A stretch of DNA of 64,000 nucleotides from Candidatus Omnitrophota bacterium (GTDB taxonomy: Bacteria; Omnitrophota; Gorgyraeia; Zapsychrales; Fredricksoniimonadaceae). Positions 39,897 through 50,349 of this stretch are shown here, piece by piece (the stretch's first letter is position 1; each line of letters begins with the position of its first letter). Where the stretch lies: assembly GCA_044225175.1 (NCBI GenBank), contig JBGAJA010000004.1, forward strand, positions 145,631-209,630, given 5' to 3'. The translations under genes were made by a program, and so were the position numbers. The notes under the pieces are model-generated. The model saw only the letters and a program-made list of their open reading frames with translations, was not told the origin of the DNA and did no database searches.

Positions 39897-40367
39897 TTAC
39901 TTTTTCTTAGAAACAACTTTCTTTTTAACAACCTTCTTGACCGCAACAGCCTTCTTTGTGGTTTTGGCTTTGGGTTTTTGAGTCTCAGGAGCTTTAGGGA
40001 TGGGTGTTTGAGCTATCGGCGTTTCTTTAGGTTGATCGTTCATGCCTATCTTAGATAAGCTGATGACTTTGCGGCGTGAGAAGCAGTCTTTGCAATAGAC
40101 GGGGCGATCTCCAGTTGGTTTAAAGGGAATCGAACATTCTTTTTTGCAGTCTGCACAAATCGCGCTATACATCATCCTTGCCTTGTGTTGATCATTTCCC
40201 TTTGCTTCCACACGGGGTTTATCCACAGGTGGTTTTGGAGGGGAAACCATTCCTGGCATAGATCGATTAATTAAAATGTTCACCTTCTTATCGAGCTCAA
40301 TCAATTGCGCTTGCATTTTGGTCATGACATCTAGCATCTCTGTTTCATTCTTCGAAGTTTTTTTCAT
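39897..40367 (-). CDS. CxxC-x17-CxxC zinc-ribbon protein with Lys-rich tail
   Basis: MYSAICADCKKECSIPFKPTGDRPVYCKDCF. Confidence 0.85.
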   Translation of the reverse strand: MKKTSKNETEMLDVMTKMQAQLIELDKKVNILINRSMPGMVSPPKPPVDKPRVEAKGNDQHKARMMYSAICADCKKECSIPFKPTGDRPVYCKDCFSRRKVISLSKIGMNDQPKETPIAQTPIPKAPETQKPKAKTTKKAVAVKKVVKKKVVSKKK

Positions 40368-40388
40368 ACCACCCCCCCCAAATTAAAA

Positions 40389-40718
40389 TTAAAACTTCTT
40401 AAACACAAAAAACACAGCCGCAGCCATCAAAGCAAAACCAACCACGTAATTCCACTTTAATGGTTCCTTCAAATAGACAACTGAAAATATGGCAAAAACA
40501 ATTAGAGTGATCACTTCCTGAATAGTCTTTAGTTGGGCACCGTCAAATTGGCCGTAACCTATGCGGTTAGCAGGCACTTGAAAACAATATTCAAAGAAAG
40601 CAATCCCCCAGCTGATAAGAATCACAATCCATAAAGGAGAACCTTTATACTTTAAATGGCCATACCAGGCGATCGTCATAAAAATGTTGGATATGATTAA
40701 TAAAATGATGGTTGTCAT
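40389..40718 (-). CDS. DMT-superfamily small membrane protein
   Basis: SNIFMTIAWYGHLK, FEYCFQVPANRIG, QLKTIQEVITL. Confidence 0.9.
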   Translation of the reverse strand: MTTIILLIISNIFMTIAWYGHLKYKGSPLWIVILISWGIAFFEYCFQVPANRIGYGQFDGAQLKTIQEVITLIVFAIFSVVYLKEPLKWNYVVGFALMAAAVFFVFKKF

Positions 40719-40735
40719 CCCAATCCTCCATTTAT

Positions 40736-41986
40736 TTAAATAAGTCCTTTTTTCACATACACTGGCCTAACAAGTTCCCTTAGACGCGGTAATTGAAAAG
40801 AAAATAATATTCCACCTAATATCAGACAGCTGCCTCCGGCAATGAATACAACCGTTACATTAAAATGATGCACAATAGTTCCTGCAAGTAGACTTCCAAA
40901 AGGCGCCATTCCCATGAAAGCCATGGTATAAAAACTCATGACCCTTCCTCTTTTGTTTTCCTCAACCATATTTTGCAAAAGAGTGTTGGAAGAGGCCATC
41001 TGAACAATCATTCCAAATCCGCATAAGACTAACATGAACAGTGAAAAAATGAAAGATGGGGAAAGGATAAATCCAATCATGCCTATTCCAAATAAAAAAC
41101 ATGCCCTCACCATAATTTTACCCAAACCTTTAACAGTTTTGCGGCTTGCTAAGAAAATTGCCCCTAGCAAAGAACCTAAACCGGAAGCACCCATTAAAAG
41201 ACCTAAGGTGGTTGCTCCCCCATGAAAAATATCTTTGGCAAAAACTGGCATCAAAATCTGCACACCGCCTGCAATGAGACTTACCATACTTAACAATATA
41301 AGAATGGTTCTAATGGGCATAAATCCAAAGGCATAATCGAATCCTTCTTTTAAATCGTCCCATAAAGGTTTAGGAACACCCTTTTCCTTCTTAGGAACAT
41401 GCATGATTATAAGAGAGGCAATGACGCCTATGTAACTTAATGCGTTGATTAAAAAGCAAGGGCCTTCACCGAAACTGGCAATTAAAAAACCGCCAATGGA
41501 TGGTCCTAACAGACGAGCAGCGTTGACGGTCGATGAATTAAGAGCGATGGCATTGCTCAAATCTTTATTATCATTAATGAGTTCTGATGTGAAGGACTGG
41601 CGCACAGGGATATCAAAAGCATTGATCGCACCCAGCAAAGCACTTAATACAAGAATCTCCCAAACTTGAATGGTGTTGGTCAGCACCAAGAAAGCTAACA
41701 CACATGCCTGAATCATCGCGGCACTTTGGGTCAGCAATAACAACCTATGACGATGATGGCGATCAGCTATGACTCCCGCTAAAGGAGCTAAGACAAAGGC
41801 AGCTATTTGACTGCTAAAGCCTACTACTCCTAACAATAAAGCAGACTCTGTAAGTCGATAGACTAACCAGCCTAAGGCAATTTGCTGAATCCAGGTTCCT
41901 AACAATGAAATGCTTTGACCGAAGAAGAAAATGCGATAATTGCGATGACGCAACGCTCGGAATATTTCAAGTTTTCCTAAACTCAT
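40736..41986 (-). CDS. MFS transporter
   Basis: RNYRIFFFGQSISLLGTW, AFDIPVRQS, ARLLGP, RGRVMS. Confidence 0.92.
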   Translation of the reverse strand: MSLGKLEIFRALRHRNYRIFFFGQSISLLGTWIQQIALGWLVYRLTESALLLGVVGFSSQIAAFVLAPLAGVIADRHHRHRLLLLTQSAAMIQACVLAFLVLTNTIQVWEILVLSALLGAINAFDIPVRQSFTSELINDNKDLSNAIALNSSTVNAARLLGPSIGGFLIASFGEGPCFLINALSYIGVIASLIIMHVPKKEKGVPKPLWDDLKEGFDYAFGFMPIRTILILLSMVSLIAGGVQILMPVFAKDIFHGGATTLGLLMGASGLGSLLGAIFLASRKTVKGLGKIMVRACFLFGIGMIGFILSPSFIFSLFMLVLCGFGMIVQMASSNTLLQNMVEENKRGRVMSFYTMAFMGMAPFGSLLAGTIVHHFNVTVVFIAGGSCLILGGILFSFQLPRLRELVRPVYVKKGLI

Positions 41987-41991
41987 TTAAA

Positions 41992-42585
41992 TTATTTAAG
42001 TAATCCTTCGTGCTGTAAAGTTTTTTGAATAGAAGCTCGCGGCATCAGCCGTTTTAAATAGTCATTGATATTGTTATATGGTCTTAAATCAACATTTAGC
42101 ATAGGACACCAGATAAGAATAACGACTAAATAGGCATCTGCTGCACTAAACGCATTGCTGAAGACAAATTCTTTTCCTGCTAAATGATCATCTATCAGTT
42201 TAAGACGTTTGGCTGCTTTGTCTTTAATATTTTTAATTACTTCCTCTGGTCCTCCTGCCTTATAAGCGAATAGGGAACCAATGCCTTTGTGCAATTCCGT
42301 TGATATAAACGCAAGCCATTCCAGAAATTGATAACGGTCCCCTTTCACATTTCCTTTTAAATCACTGAGATAGGACAAAATCGCAATGTTCTCAGTCAAA
42401 ACCTGTCCATTATCCAAAATAAGAACTGGCACATAACCTTTGGGATTAATTTGATAAAAATCCTTACCATCTTGCGTTTGATGTGTTTTTAAATCAACTT
42501 TTTCAGTACTGTGAGAAATATTCCATTCATGAAGAAGAATGTGGGATGCCATAGAACAAGCACCGGGAGAATAATATAATTTCAT
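41992..42585 (-). CDS. Glutathione S-transferase (beta class)
   Basis: MKLYYSPGACSMASHI, INPKGYVP, LTEN.AI, ISTELHK. Confidence 0.92.
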   Translation of the reverse strand: MKLYYSPGACSMASHILLHEWNISHSTEKVDLKTHQTQDGKDFYQINPKGYVPVLILDNGQVLTENIAILSYLSDLKGNVKGDRYQFLEWLAFISTELHKGIGSLFAYKAGGPEEVIKNIKDKAAKRLKLIDDHLAGKEFVFSNAFSAADAYLVVILIWCPMLNVDLRPYNNINDYLKRLMPRASIQKTLQHEGLLK

Positions 42586-42595
42586 AGCAACCTCC

Positions 42596-42691
42596 TTATA
42601 TTAGGAAACAAGAACCAAAGATCATTAGATCCCATATTGAGTGAGATTGTTGTGGTTGTTTCTTTGAAAATTTTAACTTTTGAGCCACCAT
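42596..42691 (-). CDS. Putative 31-aa small protein upstream of the GST gene
   Basis: AGGAAGGTG SD, MVAQKLKFSKKQPQQSHSIWDLMIFGSCFLI. Its TAA runs into the GST SD (TAAGGAGG). Confidence 0.45.
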   Translation of the reverse strand: MVAQKLKFSKKQPQQSHSIWDLMIFGSCFLI

Positions 42692-42712
42692 AATACACCT
42701 TCCTTTCTTTAA

Positions 42713-42731
42713 GCTACAACTTGATTGTAGC
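42713..42731. promoter_or_regulatory. Palindromic operator overlapping a TACAAT -10
   Basis: GCTACAA-cttga-TTGTAGC. Confidence 0.55.
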
Positions 42732-42770
42732 AAAACAAAATGAAGAGGAGATTAAGGAAAACGCTGTATT

Positions 42771-44963
42771 TCAATTCAAGCTATTACGTCTCAATCTCAG
42801 GGCATTTCCTATCACGGAAACTGAGCTTACGCTCATGGCTGCCCCTGCGATCATAGGGCTTAGGAGGATTCCGATGAAGGGGTATAGGATTCCGGCGGCG
42901 ATGGGGACGCCTAGGATATTGTAGATAAAGGCGAAAAATAAATTTTGTTTGATATTGGTCATAACGGCTCTTGAGAGTTTTAGAGCTTTGACGATTCCAT
43001 TAAGATCGCCTTTGACTAAGGTGATTCCTGCACTTTCAATTGCCACATCTGTTCCTGTTCCCATAGCAACCCCTACATCCGCTTGCGCAAGTGCTGGGGC
43101 ATCATTAATGCCGTCGCCTGCCATTAACACAATTGCACCCTTCGCTTTAAATTCTTTAACAATCTCCTGTTTGGCTTGGGGTTCTAACCCGCCACGTACA
43201 TCATCGATGTTCAATTCCCTTGCAATAACCTCAGCGGTCTTTTGATTGTCCCCGGTTAGCATCACAACCTTGATTCCCATTTCATGAAGAGCCTTGATTG
43301 CTTCTGGCGTTGATTTCTTAATTGGATCTGAAATCCCAAGAATACCCATTACCTTTTGATCAGCGGCTAACCAAATCACCGTCTGTGCCTTCTCCTGCAA
43401 GCCTTCAGCTTTGATTCTTAAATCTTCTGGAATTCCAATCTTTTGATCTTCAATAAATTTCTTCTTGCCTACGATGATTGTTTGCCCGTTGATCCTGCCC
43501 TTGATGCCACCACCGGTGATTGATTCAAAATTCTCTACCTTCTGTAAATTGATGTTTCTTGTCTTTGCATAATCAATGAGCGCACGAGCTAGCGGATGTT
43601 CACTGCTTTGCTCAAGCGATGCAGCCATAAAAATGAGCTTGCCTTCATCTTCACCGAAATTTGAAATACACGCCGTTACCTTAGGTCTTCCTTCAGTCAA
43701 TGTTCCCGTTTTATCAGTAAGAACATACGTCACCTTCTGAGCTTTCTCAATCGCCTGTGCATTCTTAATCAAAATCCCTGCTTGCGCGCCACGGCCAACA
43801 CCAACCATGATCGACATGGGTGTAGCTAGCCCCAAGGCACATGGGCAGGCGATGATGAGAACAGCAATGGCATTCACAATCGCATACGCCAATCTTGGCT
43901 CTGGCCCGATAGATGACCAAACAAAAAATGTCAGAACAGAAATCAACATGACAATGGGAACAAAATAACCTGACACTTGATCTGCAAGCTTTTGAATAGG
44001 TGCTTGGCTGCGCTGAGCATCAGACACCATATGCACAATTTGAGACAGAAGAGTTTCTGCTCCCACCTTTTCTGTTTTCATCACAAAACTACCGGTTTGA
44101 TTGACGGTTGCCCCAATCACACGATCCCCCGCATATTTCTCAACAGGGATAGGTTCACCTGAAATCATAGATTCATCAATACTGCTATGCCCCTCTGTAA
44201 TAATCCCATCTAACGGAACTTTTTCTCCTGGACGAACACGAAGCAAATCTCCTTTTTGAACAAGCTCGATTGCCACTTCTTCTTCAACACCATTGACAAT
44301 ACGATGCGCATTCTTAGCCGCCAATCCCAACAGAGCTTTAATCGCTTCTCCTGTTTGAGCACGAGCCTTAGCTTCTAATAATTGCCCCAAAAGAATGAGT
44401 ACGGTAATCACCGCAGCAGCTTCAAAATATAGATCAATAGCGCCCATTTTCTTCAATGATTCAGGAAAGATGCCCGGCAGCAAGGTAGCAACCGTGCTGT
44501 AGCCGTAGGCTGCTCCTACACCAAGCGCTATCAAGGTGAACATATTTAAAGATTTATTAATGACTGATTTGTAACCCTTAACAAAAAATATGCCGCCTGC
44601 CCACAGAACAACAGGTGTGGCTAGAATCAATTGGATGATTGCTAATACGTCATGAGAGATGAATGATTGAAGATTGATTGCTGGAATCATATCAGCCACC
44701 ACTAACAACACCAGAGGTGTTGTTAGTGATAGGCCAATCCAAAACTTCAACGATAGAGAATCAATTTCATGTTTGTCGTCATTACTTTCAGCTGTTGGAC
44801 TCACAGGTTCCAGATGCATGCCGCATTTAGGGCAATCTCCCGGGTGATCCTGACGAATCTCTGGATGCATGGGGCAGGTATAGATAGCGCCTGCAGCTGC
44901 AACAGCTTTAACTTGAGGCTTTTCATGCCCATGCGAGCAGCACGAATGTTGATGTTCTTCCAT
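42771..44963 (-). CDS. copA: Cu(I)-translocating P1B-type ATPase
   Basis: [51 protein letters not shown]. Confidence 0.93.
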   Translation of the reverse strand: MEEHQHSCCSHGHEKPQVKAVAAAGAIYTCPMHPEIRQDHPGDCPKCGMHLEPVSPTAESNDDKHEIDSLSLKFWIGLSLTTPLVLLVVADMIPAINLQSFISHDVLAIIQLILATPVVLWAGGIFFVKGYKSVINKSLNMFTLIALGVGAAYGYSTVATLLPGIFPESLKKMGAIDLYFEAAAVITVLILLGQLLEAKARAQTGEAIKALLGLAAKNAHRIVNGVEEEVAIELVQKGDLLRVRPGEKVPLDGIITEGHSSIDESMISGEPIPVEKYAGDRVIGATVNQTGSFVMKTEKVGAETLLSQIVHMVSDAQRSQAPIQKLADQVSGYFVPIVMLISVLTFFVWSSIGPEPRLAYAIVNAIAVLIIACPCALGLATPMSIMVGVGRGAQAGILIKNAQAIEKAQKVTYVLTDKTGTLTEGRPKVTACISNFGEDEGKLIFMAASLEQSSEHPLARALIDYAKTRNINLQKVENFESITGGGIKGRINGQTIIVGKKKFIEDQKIGIPEDLRIKAEGLQEKAQTVIWLAADQKVMGILGISDPIKKSTPEAIKALHEMGIKVVMLTGDNQKTAEVIARELNIDDVRGGLEPQAKQEIVKEFKAKGAIVLMAGDGINDAPALAQADVGVAMGTGTDVAIESAGITLVKGDLNGIVKALKLSRAVMTNIKQNLFFAFIYNILGVPIAAGILYPFIGILLSPMIAGAAMSVSSVSVIGNALRLRRNSLN

Positions 44964-44982
44964 GCTGAGCCTCCTTTAAAGA

Positions 44983-45426
44983 TTAATGATGTGCTGAGTG
45001 ATCAACAGTTGGCTTATCTGCTGCTGGAGCTTTATCATCGTCGTCATTATCCATATCAGGCTTACCCATTCCTTTGCTCATTTTTTGACACATGGCACAC
45101 ATCTTGCTTTCTTCTGCTTTAATTTCTACTTCCTTAACCAAATTAAGATTGGCATCATACTTAGACAATTTATGACCACTCAAAACGATAACACCACCAT
45201 CGTTGGAAGCAACCATAGAAGTCTTATTCATCATTGCATTCATCATCATACCCTTGGACATCATGCCACCTTTGTCACCCATCATGCCCATCATCCCACC
45301 TTTACCCTCCATCATTCCTGCCTTGTCTTGCATCATTTCCTTACCCTTATCCTCCATCTGAGCTAATGCGAATCCCGAAACAATTAAAACAACAACTGCT
45401 GCCATTATTGCGATACTGTTTTTCAT
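44983..45426 (-). CDS. Exported Met-rich metal-binding protein
   Basis: Signal peptide, GMM repeats, CAMC, terminal DHSAHH. Confidence 0.7.
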   Translation of the reverse strand: MKNSIAIMAAVVVLIVSGFALAQMEDKGKEMMQDKAGMMEGKGGMMGMMGDKGGMMSKGMMMNAMMNKTSMVASNDGGVIVLSGHKLSKYDANLNLVKEVEIKAEESKMCAMCQKMSKGMGKPDMDNDDDDKAPAADKPTVDHSAHH

Positions 45427-45485
45427 AGACTTCTCCTTTTTTGTTACTAGAATTTATCGATATAACCCTGCAACTAACTTATTTT

Positions 45486-45512
45486 GTACGGGCGGGGTAA
45501 CCCCGCCCCTAC
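45486..45512. repeat. REP-like palindrome
   Basis: GTACGGGCGGGG-TAA-CCCCGCCCCTAC; the minus strand begins GTAG. Intergenic, just after a stop codon. Confidence 0.7.
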
Positions 45513-45514
45513 GA

Positions 45515-45793
45515 TTATTTTTTCTCTGCTGCTACTTCATCTTCAGCGATCTTGCTGAATTTCTCTGGGCTATTCTTGAAATCTTTCTTACACATGGGGC
45601 AGCAAAGATTATAAATCTTGCCATTATATTCATACTGCACACCCTTGCCCATTGTACCAACCTTCTCCCCACTGACTGGGCATAATTTATTTCCTACCTC
45701 AACTAACTTCGCTGCCTGTGGCGCTGACTGAGCGAAAGATACCCCTGATACCAATAAAAGAACCCCTAGTGTTAATGCTGTGATCGTTTTCAT
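45515..45793 (-). CDS. Exported YHS/TRASH-domain protein
   Basis: NKLCPVSGE..EYNGKIYNLCCPMCKKDF..PEKF. Confidence 0.88.
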   Translation of the reverse strand: MKTITALTLGVLLLVSGVSFAQSAPQAAKLVEVGNKLCPVSGEKVGTMGKGVQYEYNGKIYNLCCPMCKKDFKNSPEKFSKIAEDEVAAEKK

Positions 45794-45809
45794 TTTGATT
45801 CTCCTTTGT

Positions 45810-48800
45810 TTATTGTTTTCCGCCCGAGGCGGATCCGCCTAAGGCGGAAGATTTCCACATAAAATAAATCGCTGGATAAACCAGAAGCTCCAGGATAAAT
45901 GAGGTTCCAAGCCCTCCTACCATCGGCGCAGCAATACGTTTCATGACGTCCGAACCTGAACCTACAGCAAACATGATAGGCAAAAGCCCAATCATCGCAG
46001 CCATCACCGTCATCATCTTAGGACGAATACGACGAACAGCACCGTGAAGAATTGCTTCTCTTAAGTCTTCCTTGTTGTTCATCTTGCCCTTTGCTACAGC
46101 ATCATTATACGCCATATCCAGGAACAATAACATTAAGACGCCTGTCTCAGCATCTAAGCCCATGAGCGCAATCATTCCCACCCACACAGCAATCGATACA
46201 TTGTATCCAAGTGCCCACAAGAACCAGACAGCACCAATCAATGAGAATGGTACCGCTAAAAGCACGATCGATGTTTTAACAATTGAACGCGTACTGAAAT
46301 ACAAGAGCAAGGCGATTAGAAACAACGTCAAAGGAAGAACAATCTTCAATCGATCCTGCACCCTTAACATATTTTCATACTGACCGCTAAACAATAAACT
46401 GTAGCCTTGAGGTGTCTTATAGTTAGTGCTGATAGCTTCCTTGGCATGCTTCACATAGGAACCAATATCAACACCTGCTACATCGACGTAGACATAGCCG
46501 GCCAGCATTCCATTTTCATTACGAAGCATGGCTGGACCTGTGCGAAGCACTAGATCAGCAACTTGCCCTAAAGCTACCTGCGCCCCAGAAGGCGTTGCAA
46601 TCAATACATGCTCCAACTGAGATAAATCACTTCGAAGTTCTCTTGGGTAACGAACGCTCACTCCAAAGCGTGCACGCCCCTCCACCGTTGTTGTGATATT
46701 CTCTCCTCCAACGGCAGCTAAGATGGTTTCTTGAGCTTGCGCGACTGTTAATCCATAACGAGCTAATGCCTCTCGCTTTAGATCAAAATCAACATAGTAT
46801 CCGCCTGCTGTTCGTTCAGCGAAGACACTGCGGGTTCCTGGAATATCCTTAAGAATCCCTTCAAGATGCAAACCTATCTCTTCGATTCTTTTGATATCTT
46901 CTCCCAAAATCTTAATTCCAACGGGAGTTCTGATTCCCGTTGAAAGCATATCAATACGATTCTTAATGGGCATGGTCCACGCATTGGTTGTTCCTGGAAT
47001 CTTGAGCGCCTCATCCATCTCTTGAATCAAAGCCTCATGGGAAATGGTCTTACCATTAATCTTTCGCCATTGAGAGGCAGGTTTAAGCATCACTGTTGTT
47101 TCCATCATAGAAAACGGCGCTGGGTCTGTGGAAGACTCCATTCGTCCAGCCTTTCCCCAGACACGCTCAACTTCAGGAAAACTTTTTAAGATATGATCCT
47201 GTGTCTGTAGCAGCTTGGTTGCCTCAGTCACTGAGATACCAGGCATGGTCGTTGGCATATAGAGGATATCCCCTTCCCACAATGGCGGCATAAACTCACT
47301 ACCTAATTTCAGATACACCGGCACCGTCGTAGCCACCAGTAAGATAGCCGTGATAATGGTTGCCTTGCTATGCTTTAAGACAAACTTGCAAGCAGGTTCA
47401 TAAACGGCAAACATCAGTTTACTGACCGGATGTTTCTCTTCTGGGTAATATTTACCAACCAGCAAAGTGTTAACGATCTTTGACTTATAGGGCTTAACCC
47501 TTAAGAACAACATGCGAAGCGCAGGGTTAAAGGTGACCACCAAAAACGCAGCGAAGATCATGGCAAACGTCTTCGACCATGCGAGTGGTTTAAACAAACG
47601 TCCTTCTTGATCGATCAGAGTAAAGATTGGCAAGAATGAAACAGCGATCACCAGAAGTGAGAAGAATACCGAAGGGCCAACTTCTTTAAGCGCGCGGATA
47701 CACACTGCCTGATAATTTTCCTTCCTCCCTGAACTCTCCCATTCCTCCAAACGCTTATAGACGTTCTCCATCTGAACGATGGCGCCATCGACCAAAACCC
47801 CAATAGAAATAGCAATCCCTGCTAGCGACATAATATTGGATGTTAATTTCAAACCAAGCAATGGAATGAATGCTAGAAGCACAGCAATTGGAATCGTAAT
47901 GATTGGAATAAAGGCTGATGGGAAATGCCAGAGAAACAACATGATAACTAGAGAAACAACAATCATTTCTTCAATCAGCTGTTTCTTGAGATGATTGATG
48001 GAGTTTAGAATCAGCTGTGAACGATCATAGGTGGTGACAACCTCGACCCCTTCAGGAAGTGATGATTTAATCTCCTGGAGTCTTGCCTTCACGCGATCAA
48101 TCACCTGCAGGGCATTTTCACCAAATCGCATAACGATTGTGCCGCCTACCGCATCGCCCTGGCCATCTAGATCAGCAATTCCACGGCGAATATCTGGCCC
48201 TGTGGCCACATGGGCCACAGCCTTAAGCAAGACCGGCGTCCCATTCACTGCAGTACCAACAACTGTATTCTCAATGTCTTCAATGGACTTTAAATACCCG
48301 TGAGAGCGCACCATGTATTCAGCACCGCTAAATTCAAGCAACCTTCCACCAGCTTCCTGATTGCTTTCACGTACGGCATTGATCACATTGTTAATGGGAA
48401 GCTTAAAACCTATCAATTTCTGAGGATCAACCGTGATCTGATACTGCTTGGTAAATCCTCCAATGGAAGCAACCTCAGCTACCCCTGGCACACTTTGCAA
48501 TTGATACTTCAAATTCCAATCTTGAAATGTACGAAGCTCCTCTAAGGAATGCTTGCCTGAATGATCAACCAATGCATATTGATACACCCACCCTACTCCT
48601 GTGGCATCGGGCCCCAGCTCAGTCCTCACCCCCTCAGGCAGACGAGCTGTAATTTTGTTTAAATATTCCAGCACCCGGCTTCTGGCCCAATACATATCTG
48701 TGCCATCTTTAAAAATGACATAAACATAGGAAAATCCAAAGTCAGAGAACCCGCGAATCGCTTTTACTCCTGGGGCGCCTAGTAATGATGAAACAATCGG

Positions 48801-49022
48801 ATAGGTTACCTGATCTTCAATCACATCCGGACTTCTGTCCCAACGGGAATAGATGATCACCTGTGTATCTGAAAGGTCAGGAATGGCATCCAAGGAAATG
48901 TTCTTCATGGACCAAATGGCCCACACTAATGAACAGGCGACCAAAAGAATAACCAAGAATTTATTAGCCACTGAAAAGCCAATCAACTTCTCAATCCAAG
49001 TTTCTCTAACTTGATTATTCAT
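45810..49022 (-). CDS. cusA: CusA/CzcA heavy-metal RND efflux pump
   Basis: LDAIPDLSDTQVI, GPDATGVGW, EFMPPL.EG..LYMP, DPAPFSMMET, RIRPKMMT. Confidence 0.95.
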   Translation of the reverse strand: MNNQVRETWIEKLIGFSVANKFLVILLVACSLVWAIWSMKNISLDAIPDLSDTQVIIYSRWDRSPDVIEDQVTYPIVSSLLGAPGVKAIRGFSDFGFSYVYVIFKDGTDMYWARSRVLEYLNKITARLPEGVRTELGPDATGVGWVYQYALVDHSGKHSLEELRTFQDWNLKYQLQSVPGVAEVASIGGFTKQYQITVDPQKLIGFKLPINNVINAVRESNQEAGGRLLEFSGAEYMVRSHGYLKSIEDIENTVVGTAVNGTPVLLKAVAHVATGPDIRRGIADLDGQGDAVGGTIVMRFGENALQVIDRVKARLQEIKSSLPEGVEVVTTYDRSQLILNSINHLKKQLIEEMIVVSLVIMLFLWHFPSAFIPIITIPIAVLLAFIPLLGLKLTSNIMSLAGIAISIGVLVDGAIVQMENVYKRLEEWESSGRKENYQAVCIRALKEVGPSVFFSLLVIAVSFLPIFTLIDQEGRLFKPLAWSKTFAMIFAAFLVVTFNPALRMLFLRVKPYKSKIVNTLLVGKYYPEEKHPVSKLMFAVYEPACKFVLKHSKATIITAILLVATTVPVYLKLGSEFMPPLWEGDILYMPTTMPGISVTEATKLLQTQDHILKSFPEVERVWGKAGRMESSTDPAPFSMMETTVMLKPASQWRKINGKTISHEALIQEMDEALKIPGTTNAWTMPIKNRIDMLSTGIRTPVGIKILGEDIKRIEEIGLHLEGILKDIPGTRSVFAERTAGGYYVDFDLKREALARYGLTVAQAQETILAAVGGENITTTVEGRARFGVSVRYPRELRSDLSQLEHVLIATPSGAQVALGQVADLVLRTGPAMLRNENGMLAGYVYVDVAGVDIGSYVKHAKEAISTNYKTPQGYSLLFSGQYENMLRVQDRLKIVLPLTLFLIALLLYFSTRSIVKTSIVLLAVPFSLIGAVWFLWALGYNVSIAVWVGMIALMGLDAETGVLMLLFLDMAYNDAVAKGKMNNKEDLREAILHGAVRRIRPKMMTVMAAMIGLLPIMFAVGSGSDVMKRIAAPMVGGLGTSFILELLVYPAIYFMWKSSALGGSASGGKQ
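45819..45848. repeat. Tandem 15-bp hairpins in-frame within the cusA 3' end
   Basis: TCCGCC-CGA-GGCGGA followed by TCCGCC-TAA-GGCGGA, encoding SALGGSASGG. Confidence 0.75.
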
Positions 49023-49839
49023 GTGAAGTCTCCCCAGCTAACGCTGCTTGAAGACGGCTTTCGGAATCTAGTAAGAAGTTGGCTCCTGTAGCTATTTTCT
49101 GTCCTTCTTGTAAGCCTTCTTTAATTTGAATCCAGCCTTGGGATTCTAAGCCAGTCTTGACCTGTTGAGGATGAAAGTTATTGTCTTTTTCTACTATAAA
49201 AACAACAGCCCTTGTTCCTGTCATCATGACGCTATCTCGAGGGACAACTAGTGTGGGTGATGACTCAACAGGAATGGTGACATGGACATACATATTACCT
49301 CGTAATTTCATGTCTACCCCCCTGACATCAATACGGACATTGACCGTACGTGTTATAGAATCCACCTTCCAATCTATATAACGAACAATGCCGTGAATCG
49401 ATTCTCCAAAAGTTGGAATCTCAATAGTGGCCTTTTGCCCCAACTGAATCAATGGTATATCGATCTCAGAAATTTGAGCATAAATGGGAAATGTTCTAGC
49501 TGATTTGGAAGCTTGAAAATTAGGATCCACAATTCCAGGAGCACGGATTGTTTTAACTAAGGCTTTCTTTTCTACCATCAGAGATTTTAATCCCATCAAT
49601 TGTTGCTTCGGCTCTTTGATTGTCACCGGCACATAACCATCAACCTTCTGAGCCAATTGATCTCGATGGGCTGCCTCTGACTTTTCTTCCTTCTTAACTA
49701 AATTCATCCCACAAATAGGACATTGCCCTGGCCTATCTGAAGTGTAAGTCGGATGCATGGGACAATACCAAATTTCTTTGGCATATACAGATACGCTTGT
49801 GAAGATTACGGCTAATACAACTAATATGATTTCTTTCAT
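49015..49839 (-). CDS. cusB: CusB-like membrane fusion protein (short form)
   Basis: Start MKEII. WYCPMHP..PGQCPICGMNL and ANFLLDSESRL. Confidence 0.85.
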   Translation of the reverse strand: MKEIILVVLAVIFTSVSVYAKEIWYCPMHPTYTSDRPGQCPICGMNLVKKEEKSEAAHRDQLAQKVDGYVPVTIKEPKQQLMGLKSLMVEKKALVKTIRAPGIVDPNFQASKSARTFPIYAQISEIDIPLIQLGQKATIEIPTFGESIHGIVRYIDWKVDSITRTVNVRIDVRGVDMKLRGNMYVHVTIPVESSPTLVVPRDSVMMTGTRAVVFIVEKDNNFHPQQVKTGLESQGWIQIKEGLQEGQKIATGANFLLDSESRLQAALAGETSHE

Positions 49840-49864
49840 AATGATCCCCTTATATTGATGATTT

Positions 49865-49912
49865 GAACTTCCCCTAACCCCCACTTTGAAAAAAGAGGGG
49901 TTAGGAGAGTTC
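49865..49912. repeat. Intergenic GC-rich hairpin (REP-like or terminator)
   Basis: GAACTTCCCCTAACCCC...GGGGTTAGGAGAGTTC. Confidence 0.6.
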
Positions 49913-49930
49913 CTAATATTTTTATTGAAA

Positions 49931-50302
49931 TTAAATACGAATGGAACGGGCTTTGATGTACAGCGGAATAAGCGTATAAGGCCCAGGAGGACCATTGATG
50001 TAGAGACTTTTTAAAGTCAAACGATTTGCAGGTAAAAGTTGAATTAAAGCAAATGCAATAAAAGCTAATCCAATAGGCCCTATCCAATGAAAGATTTGAT
50101 TCTTAGCCAATTCCATTGGACTTGCTTTACTAAAACAGCATTCTTTGATGGGGGAAGCTTTTCCATCTTTAGAGGCGCAATGAGAACATATTGGTTTAGA
50201 GGCTTGAATTTGGTTCTTAATTACACAACAGCACAATACATTGGCGATGATAAAAATCAAGCCGGTTAGAACCAAAAATGAGTTTTTTAAAGGTTGCTTC
50301 AT
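49931..50302 (-). CDS. Cys-rich membrane protein heading the copper cluster
   Basis: CCC, CSHC and CC motifs, TM segments, C-terminal GPP. Confidence 0.6.
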   Translation of the reverse strand: MKQPLKNSFLVLTGLIFIIANVLCCCVIKNQIQASKPICSHCASKDGKASPIKECCFSKASPMELAKNQIFHWIGPIGLAFIAFALIQLLPANRLTLKSLYINGPPGPYTLIPLYIKARSIRI

Positions 50303-50349
50303 ATATCAATTATACCATTCAAATTATCTATTGTCAGACTGGCTTTAGC

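Noticed and set aside
40372-40379. G8 tract upstream of the CxxC-x17-CxxC gene as a phase-variation switch
   Set aside because: Short, and explainable as a G-rich SD region. No evidence of length variation.
44998-45366. His-rich plus-strand ORF
   Set aside because: Antisense of the Met-rich gene (ATG reads as CAT).
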